Part shown: piece by piece, positions 24,421-37,686 of the stretch | How positions within the stretch are numbered: position 1 is the first letter of the stretch | How the letters are laid out: every line of letters starts with the position of its first letter | Source: Antechinus flavipes | Taxonomy: Eukaryota | DNA length: 64,000 nucleotides | Assembly: GCF_016432865.1 (NCBI RefSeq) | Contig: NC_067403.1 | Span: 245,334,001-245,398,000, forward strand | Direction: 5' to 3' | Made by a program: the position numbers and the translations under genes | The notes under the pieces: generated by a model | The model's database searches: none | Seen by the model: only the letters and a program-made list of their open reading frames with translations | What the model was told of the DNA's origin: nothing

Positions 24421-24919
24421 TGTTGGAATCCTTACTAACTGCTAACTAATTAGAGTTGATCTAATCTTACAAGAAGATTTTGGCCAGAATCTGAAACAAG
24501 GTACTAAGTAGAACTAATTAATACAAGGTTTGTGTTCACACATTTACTCATTGGAGTTCAATGAGTTCACACCTCCCTTGAAGCTCATTGGGCCAGAGAA
24601 CACTATGGGAGAAAACCCATAATCCCATTCTCTCAGAAGAGTCAGATAAAAGGCCAGCGATGAGGGCTCTATGGCAGAATACATTTTTTCCTCTTGGCTG
24701 GCTGGTCGCAGAAGAGAGCTCAGCTGGACTCGAGAGGAGCGACTCTGGTGGCAGACGAAGGGTTGGACATTCCATCTCTGTGTTGGTTGGAGGCTGAAGA
24801 ACGCAGAGGCAGAGGCTGAAGGACAGAACCTTTGGATTTGGAGACATCTGAAGGGCTCTAAGCCTCTAAACCGGCTATGCTTTGAGAAGAACAAGAACTC
24901 CAGCATTTGAACTCTAACA
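24421..24919 (+). repeat. 3' LTR (499 bp)
   Basis: Near-identical direct repeat of 21970-22465, followed by the TSD GATATT. Confidence 0.97.
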
Positions 24920-27346
24920 GATATTCCCTCCCATTTCTCTTTTTTCCTTCTCTCCTTCTTTCTTTATCTCTTCATCTCCCTCTTCCTTTCTCTGCCTTTT
25001 CCTCCTTACCTCCCTTCCTCTCCCTCTCTCTTCTTTTCTTTCTTCCATCTCTCTTCCTCCTTTCTCTCTTTTTTGTATTTCCCTATGTTTTCTGTATATT
25101 TCTCTGTATTTCTCTGTACCTCTGTCTTTGTCTCTTTCAGTTTTCTTGTCTTATTCTGTTTGTCTCTCTTGTGTTTTTCTTCTCCTGTTTATCTTTCTTT
25201 GCTTTTTGTGCACTTTTTTTTCTTTGTTTTTGCCTATCCTTTTATCCCTTTCTACACTGACAGGAAAGATAAAAATATAATAAAGTCAAATGCAGTACAA
25301 CCAAAATGTCAAAGAATTCTGGAAAATGATTTTAGATCCAAAAACAATTCATAGAAGAGCTCAAAATATTTTAAAAATAAAAGAAGTAGACTAAAATTGG
25401 GAAATACATGAAAGTGATACAAGATAATCAAGAAAAAATTCAGTGATAAAGGAGACACAAAAACCTAAGTGAAATTTTCTTTTCCCAAATTATTCTCAGA
25501 AAAATCCTGAAAAAATTTACATAAACAAATGCAATGTGAAATGAACAGAATAAGAATTTCATTATATACATATACAGAAATACTATATGTCAATCAAATA
25601 TGAATGACTTGGGTATTCTCTGTAAAACCATGATTTAATATGATTCTAAAGGACTTATGATAAGTGCTATTTATATCCCCCAAAAAAGTCACAAAAAATC
25701 CTGAGGGAGTCAGAATGTAGACAAACATATACTTTTTTTTTTTTCCTTTGTTTTTCTCTCTCTCTCTTTTTTTTTTAACAGTTTTTTTTCTTTCAGCACA
25801 TGACTAATGAGGTAATGTTTTCCTTGAGTACACAAGAATAATCTATGCCAGAATGCTTCTCTTCTCAATTGTGCAGGAGAGGGAAGGAATTTGGAATTAA
25901 GAATTAAAAAAAATTATTTTACATCTAATGTGATAATAAATATTAAAAATAAAAGAAAAAAATATACATATACATGTATCACAGAGTGGTGTTGTTAATT
26001 TGTATATCCTATTTCTTGGCAAACAAATGAGTGATTTGTCATTTCCTTTTCCAGTTCATCTTATAAATAAGGAAGTGGAGGCAAATAGGCTAAAATTGCA
26101 CTTGCACAGAATCATCCATCTAGGGTCTGAGACCACCCATGAATTCAGATATTCCTGACTGGCTGTTTTATATTATTTCTATTGTGCCACTTAGCTGTAC
26201 AACTACAGGGTATGTAAAGATATTGCCTATAATCAAATTCATCACATATCTAAGAGATCTTGTCAAGGTCTGTGGCAATGATTTATCACTTCATTTCAGT
26301 AATCTAAGTCACTCTGCACAACAAATTACACTTGGCCAAAGAACCAAAAACTTTAGAGCTGAAAGAATGAATTAATGAATTAAAGGATGGATTGATGTAT
26401 AGATTAGTGAGTGGATAAATGCATACATGTATGAATGAATAAATGAAAAAAATTAAGTTCATTATTTGCCAAACACTTTGTTAAGTGTTCAGGATACTAA
26501 TAGAAATGGGAAACCGAATAAGATTTTTTGGAACTTATTGTCTAACTGATGAAAAACATACATATAAGACAATTCAACTTCAGAAGAAATGAAAAATCCC
26601 AAAGTAAGTAAGAATGTCCAAAAGACCTTAATGTACCTTAGTTGATCAGATGACAAAGCTTAGAGAATTCAATAACAGGGCAAATAGCAAAGTCAGGGGA
26701 TTTTAGGACATAATGTTGGTCCAGTGAAGCCCTGGAGGCACTCCATCTTGATTGTTCATAATGTCTTATCTAGTCAATTAATATAAAGAGTCTCATCATG
26801 TTCTACCTTCTTGGTGGAGGATTTTGAACATTTACTCTGACCTCATATGAAGCAAATTGGGGACTAAAGAAGAGAAATAACTGGAATTCAAGCCATATAT
26901 TCTGACACATAATCATGTGGTCCTAGCACTTCTCTTAGTTTCTATCCATTATGAGTTCTCTAGTGTATCGTCCCAAGATTTAGAATAACTATATCTAATG
27001 TTTCATTAAGCAATGGAATGCTACAGAAAAGACCAATTGTTCCATGATATTAAGAGTTGCATTTTTCTAAATATTTGCTTTGAAAAAGTGAAGAGAATGA
27101 ATGATCATTTCTTTCAATTATGATAGTGAATGGTTACAAAACAGGCTACTACTTGATAATTGCCTATCTTCCCATAATAGTGTAGAGCAAGAAATGGAAA
27201 ATATCATTGTTTTCATTTTACAAATGAACAGTAAGGTAAACAGTACTGTATCCTTACATTAAAGAGATAAATATCATTCTATCTAAGGCCTCAGTATAAT
27301 CCCTTGACTCAAAACTCAGGATTGTTTTCCCTTATAAAATCCTGCC

Positions 27347-27454
27347 TCATTAAAAGAGGATTTGATGATTGGACTTTAAGCCAGAAGACCTCTTCTCTCA
27401 TTAAAAAAAAAAAAAAAAAGGAAATGACCTGGGGGAGGTGTTATCCCCAGAGAG
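27347..27454 (+). promoter_or_regulatory. Putative OR promoter cassette for copy 3
   Basis: TCATTA twice, CCTGGGGGA and TCCCCAGAGAG; donor AAG/GTAAGT at 27904. Confidence 0.6.
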
Positions 27455-29476
27455 CTAAAAAGGGCAAGAATCATTTCTACTAAAGAAGAGCTCAACGATT
27501 TCAGCCAAAACTTATATTTACAAAGAATCTTGGCCTATTTTACAGAATTTGTTGGTGGATTTGGTATATTGTAATATTTAAAGGAGAAGAAGCATAGGCT
27601 CATAAAAAGGACATTGAACTTGTAGGCACGAAAACCTCAGGTTGAAATCTTCTCTTTAGCACTTTACAACTGTGTAATTTTCAGCAAGGTCATTCATATG
27701 GAATCTCAGTTTCTTCAGTTTTCTCATCTGTAAAATCAGAATATCTGTGGTACCTATATTATACTGCTGGTACATTAATGTTCACAAAGTTTTGAAAGCA
27801 TTAAAGTAGGTTATGGATGTACTTAATTATGTACCTGTATTATTTTCCTTATCATTATTGAAAAAGCAAGGAGTTGAATAATATTTCATTCTATCTGAGA
27901 AAGGTAAGTTTGAACTCTTTTGCTGCCTTACTTTCAGTTTCTTTGATCTGAAAAGGATTATTATCTTTGATCTTTGTGATAATTTTGAATTTTATGAACA
28001 TAATAAGCAATAGAGATTGAGCAAACAGATTATCCAAAGAACAAAGATTCAATTTTTAGAATATACTGTGAGATTTTTGCCTGGCAAGATGTATGTGGGA
28101 GATTATTCATTCTTCACCAGTAATAACTAAAGAAATTTATCTAGTTAAATCTACAATTCATATTTCTTCTATTGTAACATTTTTCCACAATGAACAATCC
28201 AAGGTAGCTGGAGAGGAAATATATTGGGCACAGGTGTCAGTCATCTTGGCACCTATCATTCTAAGAGAACCTACAACCCTCCATATACTATTTCATTACT
28301 ACCATGTAATGCTTATGAATGGACATATCTTAACTGATGATCATTTTTAAACATACAAAATATTATATTTTTTCCAACTTATCTGTCTTATTTTTCCAGC
28401 GAAAAGATGTCAGATGAACGTTGCAATGGAAATGAGCTAAAAAATATTACATTATTAATTATGAAAGAAGAATAGAATTTGACAAATTAAAAATACTAAA
28501 ATGGACTAAAAACTAGTCATTATTTAATGAATCTCTAAATCTTGAATTTTAGGCATCAATTAACTGGGGAGGTATTTTAGATAAAACCTATAGCTGAAGA
28601 TATGTGATAGAGGAAATTAAATCTACCTAACAAACTTTATTGAGTAGTTACTATGTGGAAGACACAGTTCAATAGATACGGAAGGGTATGATGTGACTTT
28701 TGCTCTTTAGATACTTAGAACACAGTAGGAGACACAAAATATACACGTGGATAAGAACACTGCAGTTAAACAGAGGCCACTTGCTAATTGACCAGTGCTT
28801 GGCATAGATCCTGTAATATGATCATTCAAGAAAGCAAATGATTATAAAAGCTAATGATGGAAGGAATACAGAAGAGTACAGAAAATAGCCTGGCCTTTAA
28901 GAGTAAATGGATATTACAGGCTAAAGAGATTGGGGAAAGCTTTGTAATGGGAAAATAATTCTGTGAGTAAAGATTGGCAGACTGTTATGTTCAGTACATT
29001 GTTGGGATGAGTTATGTCTTTTTTTTTCTCTTTTATTCTAATACAAAAACAAAAATCCCTCCTATTAGGAGATTGTCATTTTCTAAAAACAAACAAACAA
29101 AAATATTGTTATGATGTTGTGCTTTTCTTGGTGATATTGTAATTAAGAATGGTTTTACAATTTTGCCAGACGTCTTTATCTGATTGTATATTTCCAACAA
29201 AATATCCAAGAAACACAGTCATAGCATTGATTAGGATTTTATGAGATAAATAGTATTTCATAATCACTAAGTAATTTTGACTTTGTCCCCCAAATTTAAA
29301 AAGTTTTGAAAAATATAATATATAAAATATATCATATAAAATATACCAAACTTAATATGTTGAATGAGAGGAATATTTGTAGTCATAAGACCAAACCTTT
29401 TCTTCTCTGAAAAAGCATAAAAATAAAGTGATTTGCTGGTCCTCAATTATTTTTTTTCCTTTAGGCAGCAGACCCA

Positions 29477-30400
29477 ATGGCAAAGGAAAATCTCACAGTT
29501 GTGAAGGAATTCATTCTCCTGGGATTTTCTGATCTTCCTAACCTCCAAGGATTTCTCTTTGGCATCTTCTCTGTCATCTACCTAAGTATATTGATAGGAA
29601 ATGGCCTCCTCATTGTCATAACCAAGATTGATCCAAATCTCCAAACACCAATGTATTTTTTCTTGGGGAATTTTTCCTTCTTGGAAATCTGTTACACATC
29701 AGTCACTCTGCCCAGAATGCTGGCAGATCTCTGGACCCAGAAGAGAACTATTTCATTCCTACAATGCGCTGTACAAACATTTTTCCTTTATATTCTGGGA
29801 GGAGCGGAGTGTTTGCTCCTGGCAGTGATGGCATATGATCGTTATGTGGCCATCTGTAAGCCTCTCTACTATCCTCTCATCATGAATCGTAGGGTATGTA
29901 TCCAACTGGTTGTGATGTCCTGGATTATTGCAGTTCCGGTACTGATAGAGGAGACATATCTGATTTTCTGTCTCAATTTTTGTGGTCCTAAAACACTTAA
30001 TCATGTTTTCTGTGAGGCTCCACCATTACTGGAGTTAGCCTGTGGGGACACATATAAGGCAGAGGTCTCTGTTCAAGTTGTTGCATTGCTGTTTGTCATA
30101 ACTCCCTTTCTGTTGATACTCACATCCTATGTCAAAATCATAATTACTATCCTGAGATTGCCTTCTACCTCAGGGAGAGCCAAGGCCTTTTCCACCTGCT
30201 CATCACACCTCATGATAGTGTGTTTATTTTATGGTTCTGGTAGTATTGTGTATTTGAAGCCAAAATCTCATCACTCTACAGGATCAGTCAAAGTGCTTGC
30301 TCTTTTCTATACTACTGTGACCCCAGTATTTAACCCCTTGATATATAGTCTCAGAAATAAGGATGTCATTGCTGCTTTGAGAAAACTGTTTCCTAAGTGA
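29477..30400 (+). CDS. OR10AG1-like olfactory receptor, copy 3, 307 aa (chimera of copy 4 5' half and copy 2 3' half)
   Basis: Intact ORF with OR motifs; acceptor AG at 29463-29464; diagnostic sites switch from copy-4-like to copy-2-like at 29820-29853. Confidence 0.95.
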   Translation: MAKENLTVVKEFILLGFSDLPNLQGFLFGIFSVIYLSILIGNGLLIVITKIDPNLQTPMYFFLGNFSFLEICYTSVTLPRMLADLWTQKRTISFLQCAVQTFFLYILGGAECLLLAVMAYDRYVAICKPLYYPLIMNRRVCIQLVVMSWIIAVPVLIEETYLIFCLNFCGPKTLNHVFCEAPPLLELACGDTYKAEVSVQVVALLFVITPFLLILTSYVKIIITILRLPSTSGRAKAFSTCSSHLMIVCLFYGSGSIVYLKPKSHHSTGSVKVLALFYTTVTPVFNPLIYSLRNKDVIAALRKLFPK

Positions 30401-30726
30401 ATCAGATCTTAGATTCATCAGGAAAATATATGAACTTTTTTTTTAATTATATTTCTCAGTCCCTACAAAACATATATTTGCTTGTTTTTACATTTCAATA
30501 AAAATGTACATGAATGAGAGACAATCAAGAGATTCAAATCAAAATTACAGGATACCTGCCTAAAGTTTTTATTTTAATTTACTAGATTATGAAAGACCTG
30601 AAAAAAATTCCTATGATTTAAATTATTTCAAATATCCGCAGACACCTTGAGTGCAATTATACTGATTTCTATCACTATTCTAAAATCAGTTGAATTTATA
30701 TCTTTTTAAAAGGTCAATTTTATTAT

Positions 30727-30730
<4 letters not shown>

Positions 30731-30808
<78 letters not shown>
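30731..30808. repeat. (GA)n microsatellite, about 39 units
   Basis: Perfect dinucleotide run. Confidence 0.97.
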
Positions 30809-30811
<3 letters not shown>

Positions 30812-33800
30812 AGGGAGGGAGGTGGGCAAAGAATAACAGAGACAGACAGAGAGATGAAAGACAGACAAGGGGGGATGGAGCGAGAAGTAAAGAGAGAAAG
30901 AGGAAAGAAGAGAGAGAAGGAGAGAAGGAGGGGGAGAGAGAGAGATTATAATTTTTATGAATTTGAAAGTCTTTCATATGAGTGAGGAAGGGTAATATAA
31001 TAAATACAAATCATCTATAAGCCTCTGTATTTCATATGAAAAACCTACAAATTCATGGAAATTATATCCATTTTTCCTTTTGATCTCTATTTTAGCTACC
31101 ATAAGTTTCTAAAATATCTAATTCTGAATTCTAAGGCAGATTTAAAGTCAAAGATTTCAATAGTTTCTTGCTACAACATTTCCCTGTTAACATTGAATTT
31201 GCAGAAAACAAAAATTAGTAAGATGTTTCTCTTTTTTTAATTTAACTAACCTGTCTAATAAGATATTTAATAAATTCACTAACTGTACATTTTTTAAATC
31301 AAAGTACAAAAAATGCACTCTAATATTTTGTTAGTGCCTCATATTCCAGTCTGGATATCTCTTTTAGATTTCTTTTTGGATCTGCTGATTTCATTCATAA
31401 CTTTTTAGACCATTGAATATTCTCTCATTTTGAATAAGAAGATGAAGTGATCTGACTCTTCAAGCTTGTGCATTCCTTTTTCTAGGTTTGTGTGAATGAA
31501 GGATGTAATCAGAATAAATTAATTTTCTGCTCTCATTTATGCCCCAGAAGGTTGTTTCAGATTAAAGGGAAGATAATGGTATAAGTCCATTTTTTATATA
31601 ATTTCTATCTATCTATCTATCTATTTACCTACATACAAACATATGCATATGTATGGGGAAAAAGAGAAATATATAAATTTGCTACACTAAAATAAGGAAC
31701 CTGGAAGATTTTCAAAATTTTATATCCCATTACCCTAATGTCAAGACGGCACATTGATTGTGAGATAGTGGTATTTTTTTAAGAGAAAATACATGCATAA
31801 TATAGTAATAATGGGAGATCTAATGGTATCTATATATGTATATGTATTTAATGCATGTATATTTACATACACATCCAGATATATGTTATGTATATAATGC
31901 AAACATATAAAATTTCCCAATACACATGTTCGGATAGGAGCAGACACTGTGGTCTAGAGGATAGAGTGCCAGGCCTAGAATCAGAGTTCGGATCCTCCCA
32001 TAGCCACTTATTATCTTATGATCCTCAGCAAATCATTTAACTCAATCTGCTCAGTTTCCTCACCTAATGACATAAAGAAAAGGAAACAGCAAGCACCGAA
32101 GTATATTTACTGAGAAAACTCAAATGGGGTTGTGTTTAGATTGAACTAAACTAAATACATTTTATTTGAACTCAGGTCCTTGTGACTTCAAGGCTGGTGC
32201 TCTATCCACTGCAACACCTAGCTGCCCTGGAGAATTATTACTAAATGAAAAATATATTATGACATTATTTTATAAATCTTTAAAAATACTATGAAAATAT
32301 TAGTTGTTACTGTGATCTATTCCAAACTCATAAATATGAACCACACTTTATTTTTTTTTCTTTTCCTCAATTAATAACCACAACTACCTCCATCCCATAA
32401 GTAATATTTATGCTTAGGCAATTTATTCATTTGCTTAATTCTTCTGTTTAAATCATTGGTTTGAATGACAAAAAGGTATCTGAAATTCGTGGCAAGTAAG
32501 AAGTTGATCAGAGGTTTTCACAAATCTTGGAAAGTGGGAAGGATACTGTTTCTCCTGTTCTTTAATAACCAAAAATTAGAATTATCAGGTTACTATATCG
32601 ATCTACTATTTCAGAGAATCAGTTCTAATTTCAACTCAACAACCAAAATACAGTAGACATATACAAATGCACTCATATGCACACACACAAAGGCATTTGT
32701 GTATATAAAATATGTACTTGGAAAGGTCATACTAGATTTATAAAAATAAATATGCTTACATAAGTTTTCTAATAAAAAAATTAAAAGATGCTTGAATGTT
32801 TCAAAAGTTCTTATGTCTTTAATCTTGGCTGCAGAGACATATTTGGAAAAGCATGGAAAAGCTTAACTTTAGAGATATTGATGATTTATTAGAGCTAAAA
32901 GACCCAGATAGATTATATTTCAAATTATAAAAAGACTTGTCTTATTCTAGTAAGTGATCAAAAATTATTTCTGAAGGATCTTTTAGGCATTAGGAATAAT
33001 GTAATTCATCAGAAAATGAAATGATATTTCTGTTTTTAAAGTAAAAATGTGTAGAAGATCAGTATTAAATAAATCTATGTACAGAAAGAGTCCATTCCAG
33101 GTATTGCTTGAGACCTGCTCTCTGTAAGAGGGTGCAGTTCAAAGCATTGGCTCACTATCATCCCTGACAGTTATGAGACATATGCTTGAGATAAATTTAA
33201 GTTGTCTTGGAGCACAATGCATGCAATTTGACAAGAAATCACAAATTATGAAATTTATGACATAGATCAGTAGATTGTTACTACTAATTGCTTCAATTTA
33301 TTATTTGTCAGGTAAGTAGATTATTATTAATTGCTCAAATTTAAGATAGATAAGTAGATTATTACTACTGGCAACTATTTAATGTTAATATTAAGCTGGA
33401 ATGTTAGAAATAATATATACTTGTAACCTTTGAATGTACACTAAATAGCATGAAAAAATTTAGTATTATTGCAATATTAGTTTAGAGAGTATATAAACAC
33501 TGGCTTTCAGATCAATAAATGGACTGTTTGAAAAAAATCCATCTGGCTCATGGAAAGTCATAACCACACTCTTCTTATTCAGTGGAGCTGTACTCCAATA
33601 GAAAACAACATGAAAGTTGTATAATTAATATTAATAAACTTAACTTTGATTTCTGGGGAAAATGTGTGAAATATTATAACTATAGGAGCTGTTATTTAAC
33701 ATATAAAAAGTGTTATTTTCAAACCAAAGGTCTGGTTTCACTAGAAAGAGGTTCTAATAAACTAATCTATTGTTTAAATGTGATTACTAAACTAGTATAT

Positions 33801-34299
33801 CCAGGGCATGCTTTAGATGATATTTACTTTACTTTACTTTAACAAAGTATTTTAAAAGCTATAATGTATCAATTACTTCTTGATGCTCATTCTACAGAGA
33901 ACAAGGAAAGGAAAAACTTCATTATATATAATTGTAGTTATTCACAAAACTGCCACTTCTTCAAATTCTACTGCAGAAAGTACTATTCTATTAGGATAAT
34001 CACATTATTAGAATGGCAAATGTACATTTGTGATAAAGAATATTTCTTGGAGAACTCTAGAACACAGGCACTCACAATATGGCCAGAAAAAATGAAACAA
34101 AGACACTCTCAAGATCTTTCTTAAGAACTTTAGAATTGATAGTGTGAGATGGAAGATACAGGACTATAAGGCAATGCCATATATGACATCCCCTCATCGG
34201 AGAGGGTGTTGTGATTCTAACATAGTGATGTAATTTGGGTACTCCTTGAGAATTAAAGAAAACAACCATATGATTACACATATATAGTATCATTTTTCC

Positions 34300-37200
34300 C
34301 TCATTTTATTTATTTATTTGCTTGTTTTCAATACACATAGCGATATGAATCATGTTGGGAGAGAGAAATCAGAACAGAAGGGGAAAAAAAAAACACGAGA
34401 GAGGAAAACAATAAAAAAAAAAGTGAACATAGCATGTATTGATTGACATTCAATCTCCATGTGTCTTTTTCTGGATGGAGATGGAATTTTCTGTCCAAAA
34501 TCTGTTGGGATTGCCTTGCATCACTGAATCCCTGAGAAGAACTAAGTCTTTCATAGTTGATCATTGGACATTCTTACTGTAATTATGTATAATTTATTCC
34601 TGGTTCTCCTTTGTTTTACTCAGCATAACTTCATGTAAATCTTTCCAGGACTTTCTAACATCAGCTTGTTCATCATGTTTTAGAACAATAATATTCCATC
34701 ACTTTAATGTAACACAATTTATTCAGCCATTCCCCAATTGATGAGCAGCCACTCATTTTCCAATTATTTGTTACCACAGAAATAGCTGCTGCTACACACG
34801 TTTTTGTACATGGGAGTCTTTTTCCCTCCTTTATGATTTTCGTGAGATATAGAACCAGTATTGGCATTCTTGGGTCAAAGATCCTGTACAGTTTGATAGC
34901 CTTTTGGAAGATTTGCTTTCCAAAATGGTTGGATCATTTCATAGCACCACCAACAATAAATTAGCATCCCAGTTTTCCCACATTCCCACTAACATTTATC
35001 TTTATCTTTTCCTGTCATCTTGGCCAATCTGAAAGGTTTGAAGTAGTACCTCAGAGTTGTTTTAATGGACATTTCTCAATAAACTTTAATTTAGAACATT
35101 TTTTCACATTTGTCTGTAGATGACTTTAATTTTGTCATCTAAAAATTGTTCATATTCTTTGACCATTTATGAAGTGGGGAATGACTTGTAGTCCTATAAA
35201 TTTGATACAGTTCTTTATGTATTTTAGAAAGGAGATCTTTATTAATAACACTGGCTATAAAATTTCCCCACAGCTTTGTACTTCCCTTTTAATCTTGTTT
35301 CTCTTGGTTTTCTTTGTGTAAAATCTTTTTAATTTAATGTTGTCAAAATTGTCCACTTTGTTTTTCATAATGTTTTCTCATACTTCTTTGGTCATAAATT
35401 CTTCCTTTCTCCAAAGATCTGATAGGTAAATTATGCTGTGCTATCATAATTTGTTTATGGAGTCATCCTTTATGCCTAAATCATTTCCTCATTTTGTCCT
35501 TATTTTGATATGTGTGTGAGATGCAGGTCTTTGCTGATTTTCTCATATATTATTTTCCAGTTTTCCCAGAAGTTTTTTGTCAAATAAAGAGTTCTTATCC
35601 CAGAAACTTGAGTTTTGAGTTTTATCAAATACTAGATTACTATAGATGTTCCATGGGTAGCTAATCTATTCTAATGACCAAGCACTCTATTTTATAGCCA
35701 GTACCAAATGTTTTGATGAGTGATGCTTGATAATCTAATTTTACATTTGGTGCTGCTAAGCCACTGTCCTTTGTACTGTTTTTTTTTTTTTCATTAATTC
35801 CCTTGATATTATTAAATTTTTGTTCTTCCAGATGAATTTTGCTATTATTTTTTCTAATTCTATAAAATATCTTTGTAATTTTGTATGTTTTATTAAATTA
35901 GCTCAGATTTTCCCAACTGTTTAAACTGAACTTTTTATGAGAAATGTTTTGTAATTGTATCGATATAGTTTGTCTTGGCACATATTTATCCAAATATTTT
36001 ATTTTGTCTACATTATTTTGAATGGAATTTCTCTTTTTATCAATTGCTGATAGGCTTTGTCAGTAACATATAGAAATGCTGATAATTTGTGTGGGCTTAT
36101 TTTACATTCTACCATTTTGCTAAAGCTGTTAATAGTTTTTAGTAGATTTGGAATTAGATTATTTAATTTCCAATTTTTAAATCTATCCCTATCTCTTTAT
36201 TGAAAATATTTTTTATTGCATAATGGTCTAAAAATGAAGTATTTACAATTTCTGCCTTTCTGCTTTTGATTATGAAGTTTTTAATGCCCCAATACCTTTT
36301 TCCACCCATTAATGTCTTTTTCTTTGACATCATTACATTAGAGTCCATCAACAACCATACTCTATGTCTATATGTTGTCCCCCCTCTCTTTGCCTCAGTG
36401 ATAAATACAATTTTCAAGAGCTTCTAATGTCATTTTCTCATTTAGAGATGTATACAGGTCAAACTTTAAATAATATATATTTTCCCATGTACTTTTATAT
36501 GTTGCTCTTGACTCTTGTGTTTGTGTTCAAATTTTTCTGTTTAGTTCTGTCATTTTTTTTCAGTAGAAATAATTGAAAATCTCTTACTTCTTTGAAGATC
36601 CATCACCTCCCCTGAAAAATGATGCTTAATCTTACTGGTTTGTTATTTCTTTGTTGTAACCTGACGTCCTTTACTTGCCAGAATAAGGTATTCCAGGTCC
36701 TTCATTCCTTTATTGTAGAACCTGCTAGATCCTGGGTAATCCTGATTGTTGCCCCTTGATACATGAACAGTCTTTGTCTGGCAGCTTGCAATATTGTAGT
36801 TTTGGCGTTTTGTAGCAATGTTCCTTGGGATTTTCCTTGTGGAATCTCTTTCTGAAGGTGATCAATGAATACCTTCAATAATTATTTCTCTGTTTCTAGG
36901 GCATCAGTGCAGTTTTCCTTGATGATGTCTTTAAGAATGCTATCCCAGTCTTTTTTTTGCTCATGGCCTTCAGGTAGAGCAAAATTTTTAAATTGTTTCT
37001 TCTAAATTAATTTTCCAGGTCAGCTGTTTTCCCGACGTGATAGTTCACATTTTCTTATTGTTTTCATTATTTTAAGTTTGATTATTCTTAATATCTTATA
37101 GAGTCATACCTTCCATTTGCCCTGGTCTAGTTTTTAATATGTGCTTTTCCTCAGTTTGTATCTCTTTATCCATTTTGTCAATTCTACTATGAATATATTG

Positions 37201-37653
37201 CCTTCTTCAGTGGACTCATTTATTTATTTATTTATTTTTGCATTTAGCTAATTGTATTTTTTAAGGAATTGCCTTCCTTTTCTTATCTGTTGATTCTCTC
37301 TGGTATATCTCATTTCTTTTCTCATTTTTTTTCTTCTATCTCTCTTATTTGCCTTTTAAAATTTTTTATGAGCTCTTCTAAGAAGCCTCTTTGTACTTGA
37401 GACTAATTTGCATCACTCTTTGAGATTTGCTCTTTGGACATTTTGTCCTCATCTAAGTCAGTGTTTTGATCTCCCCTGTCACCATAGTAGCCTTCTATGG
37501 CCAACTTTTTGTCATTGTTGTTGTTTTTTTCTTGATCATTTTCTTTTGGTATTTCTTCTTTTTTACTTTTATATTTAAGCTTTGCACCTGGGGTAAAGGT
37601 GGCACATTTTCAAGCTTCCTGTGCAGCTCTGAACCTTGGCTTTGAGCATAGAG

Positions 37654-37686
<33 letters not shown>

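Larger units (their letters stand above)
21970..24919 (+). mobile_element. Non-autonomous betaretrovirus-like (ERVK-class) provirus carrying a captured NMRK2 cDNA
   Basis: Two TG...CA LTRs, PBS-Lys, PPT, integrase remnant and TSD GATATT (21964-21969 and 24920-24925). Empty site GACATT at 38655-38660 in the duplicated spacer. Confidence 0.95.
13906..29853 (+). repeat. Segmental duplicate, copy A (mid-OR2 to mid-OR3)
   Basis: Collinear high similarity to 29820-41637 along the whole spacer once the L1, the ERV and two deletions are accounted for. Confidence 0.9.

Noticed and set aside
21970-24919. ERV-NMRK2 fusion as an assembly chimera or contamination
   Set aside because: Matched but non-identical LTRs, an exact TSD, an empty paralogous site and mechanistically sensible junctions argue for a real insertion; read-level confirmation is still advisable.
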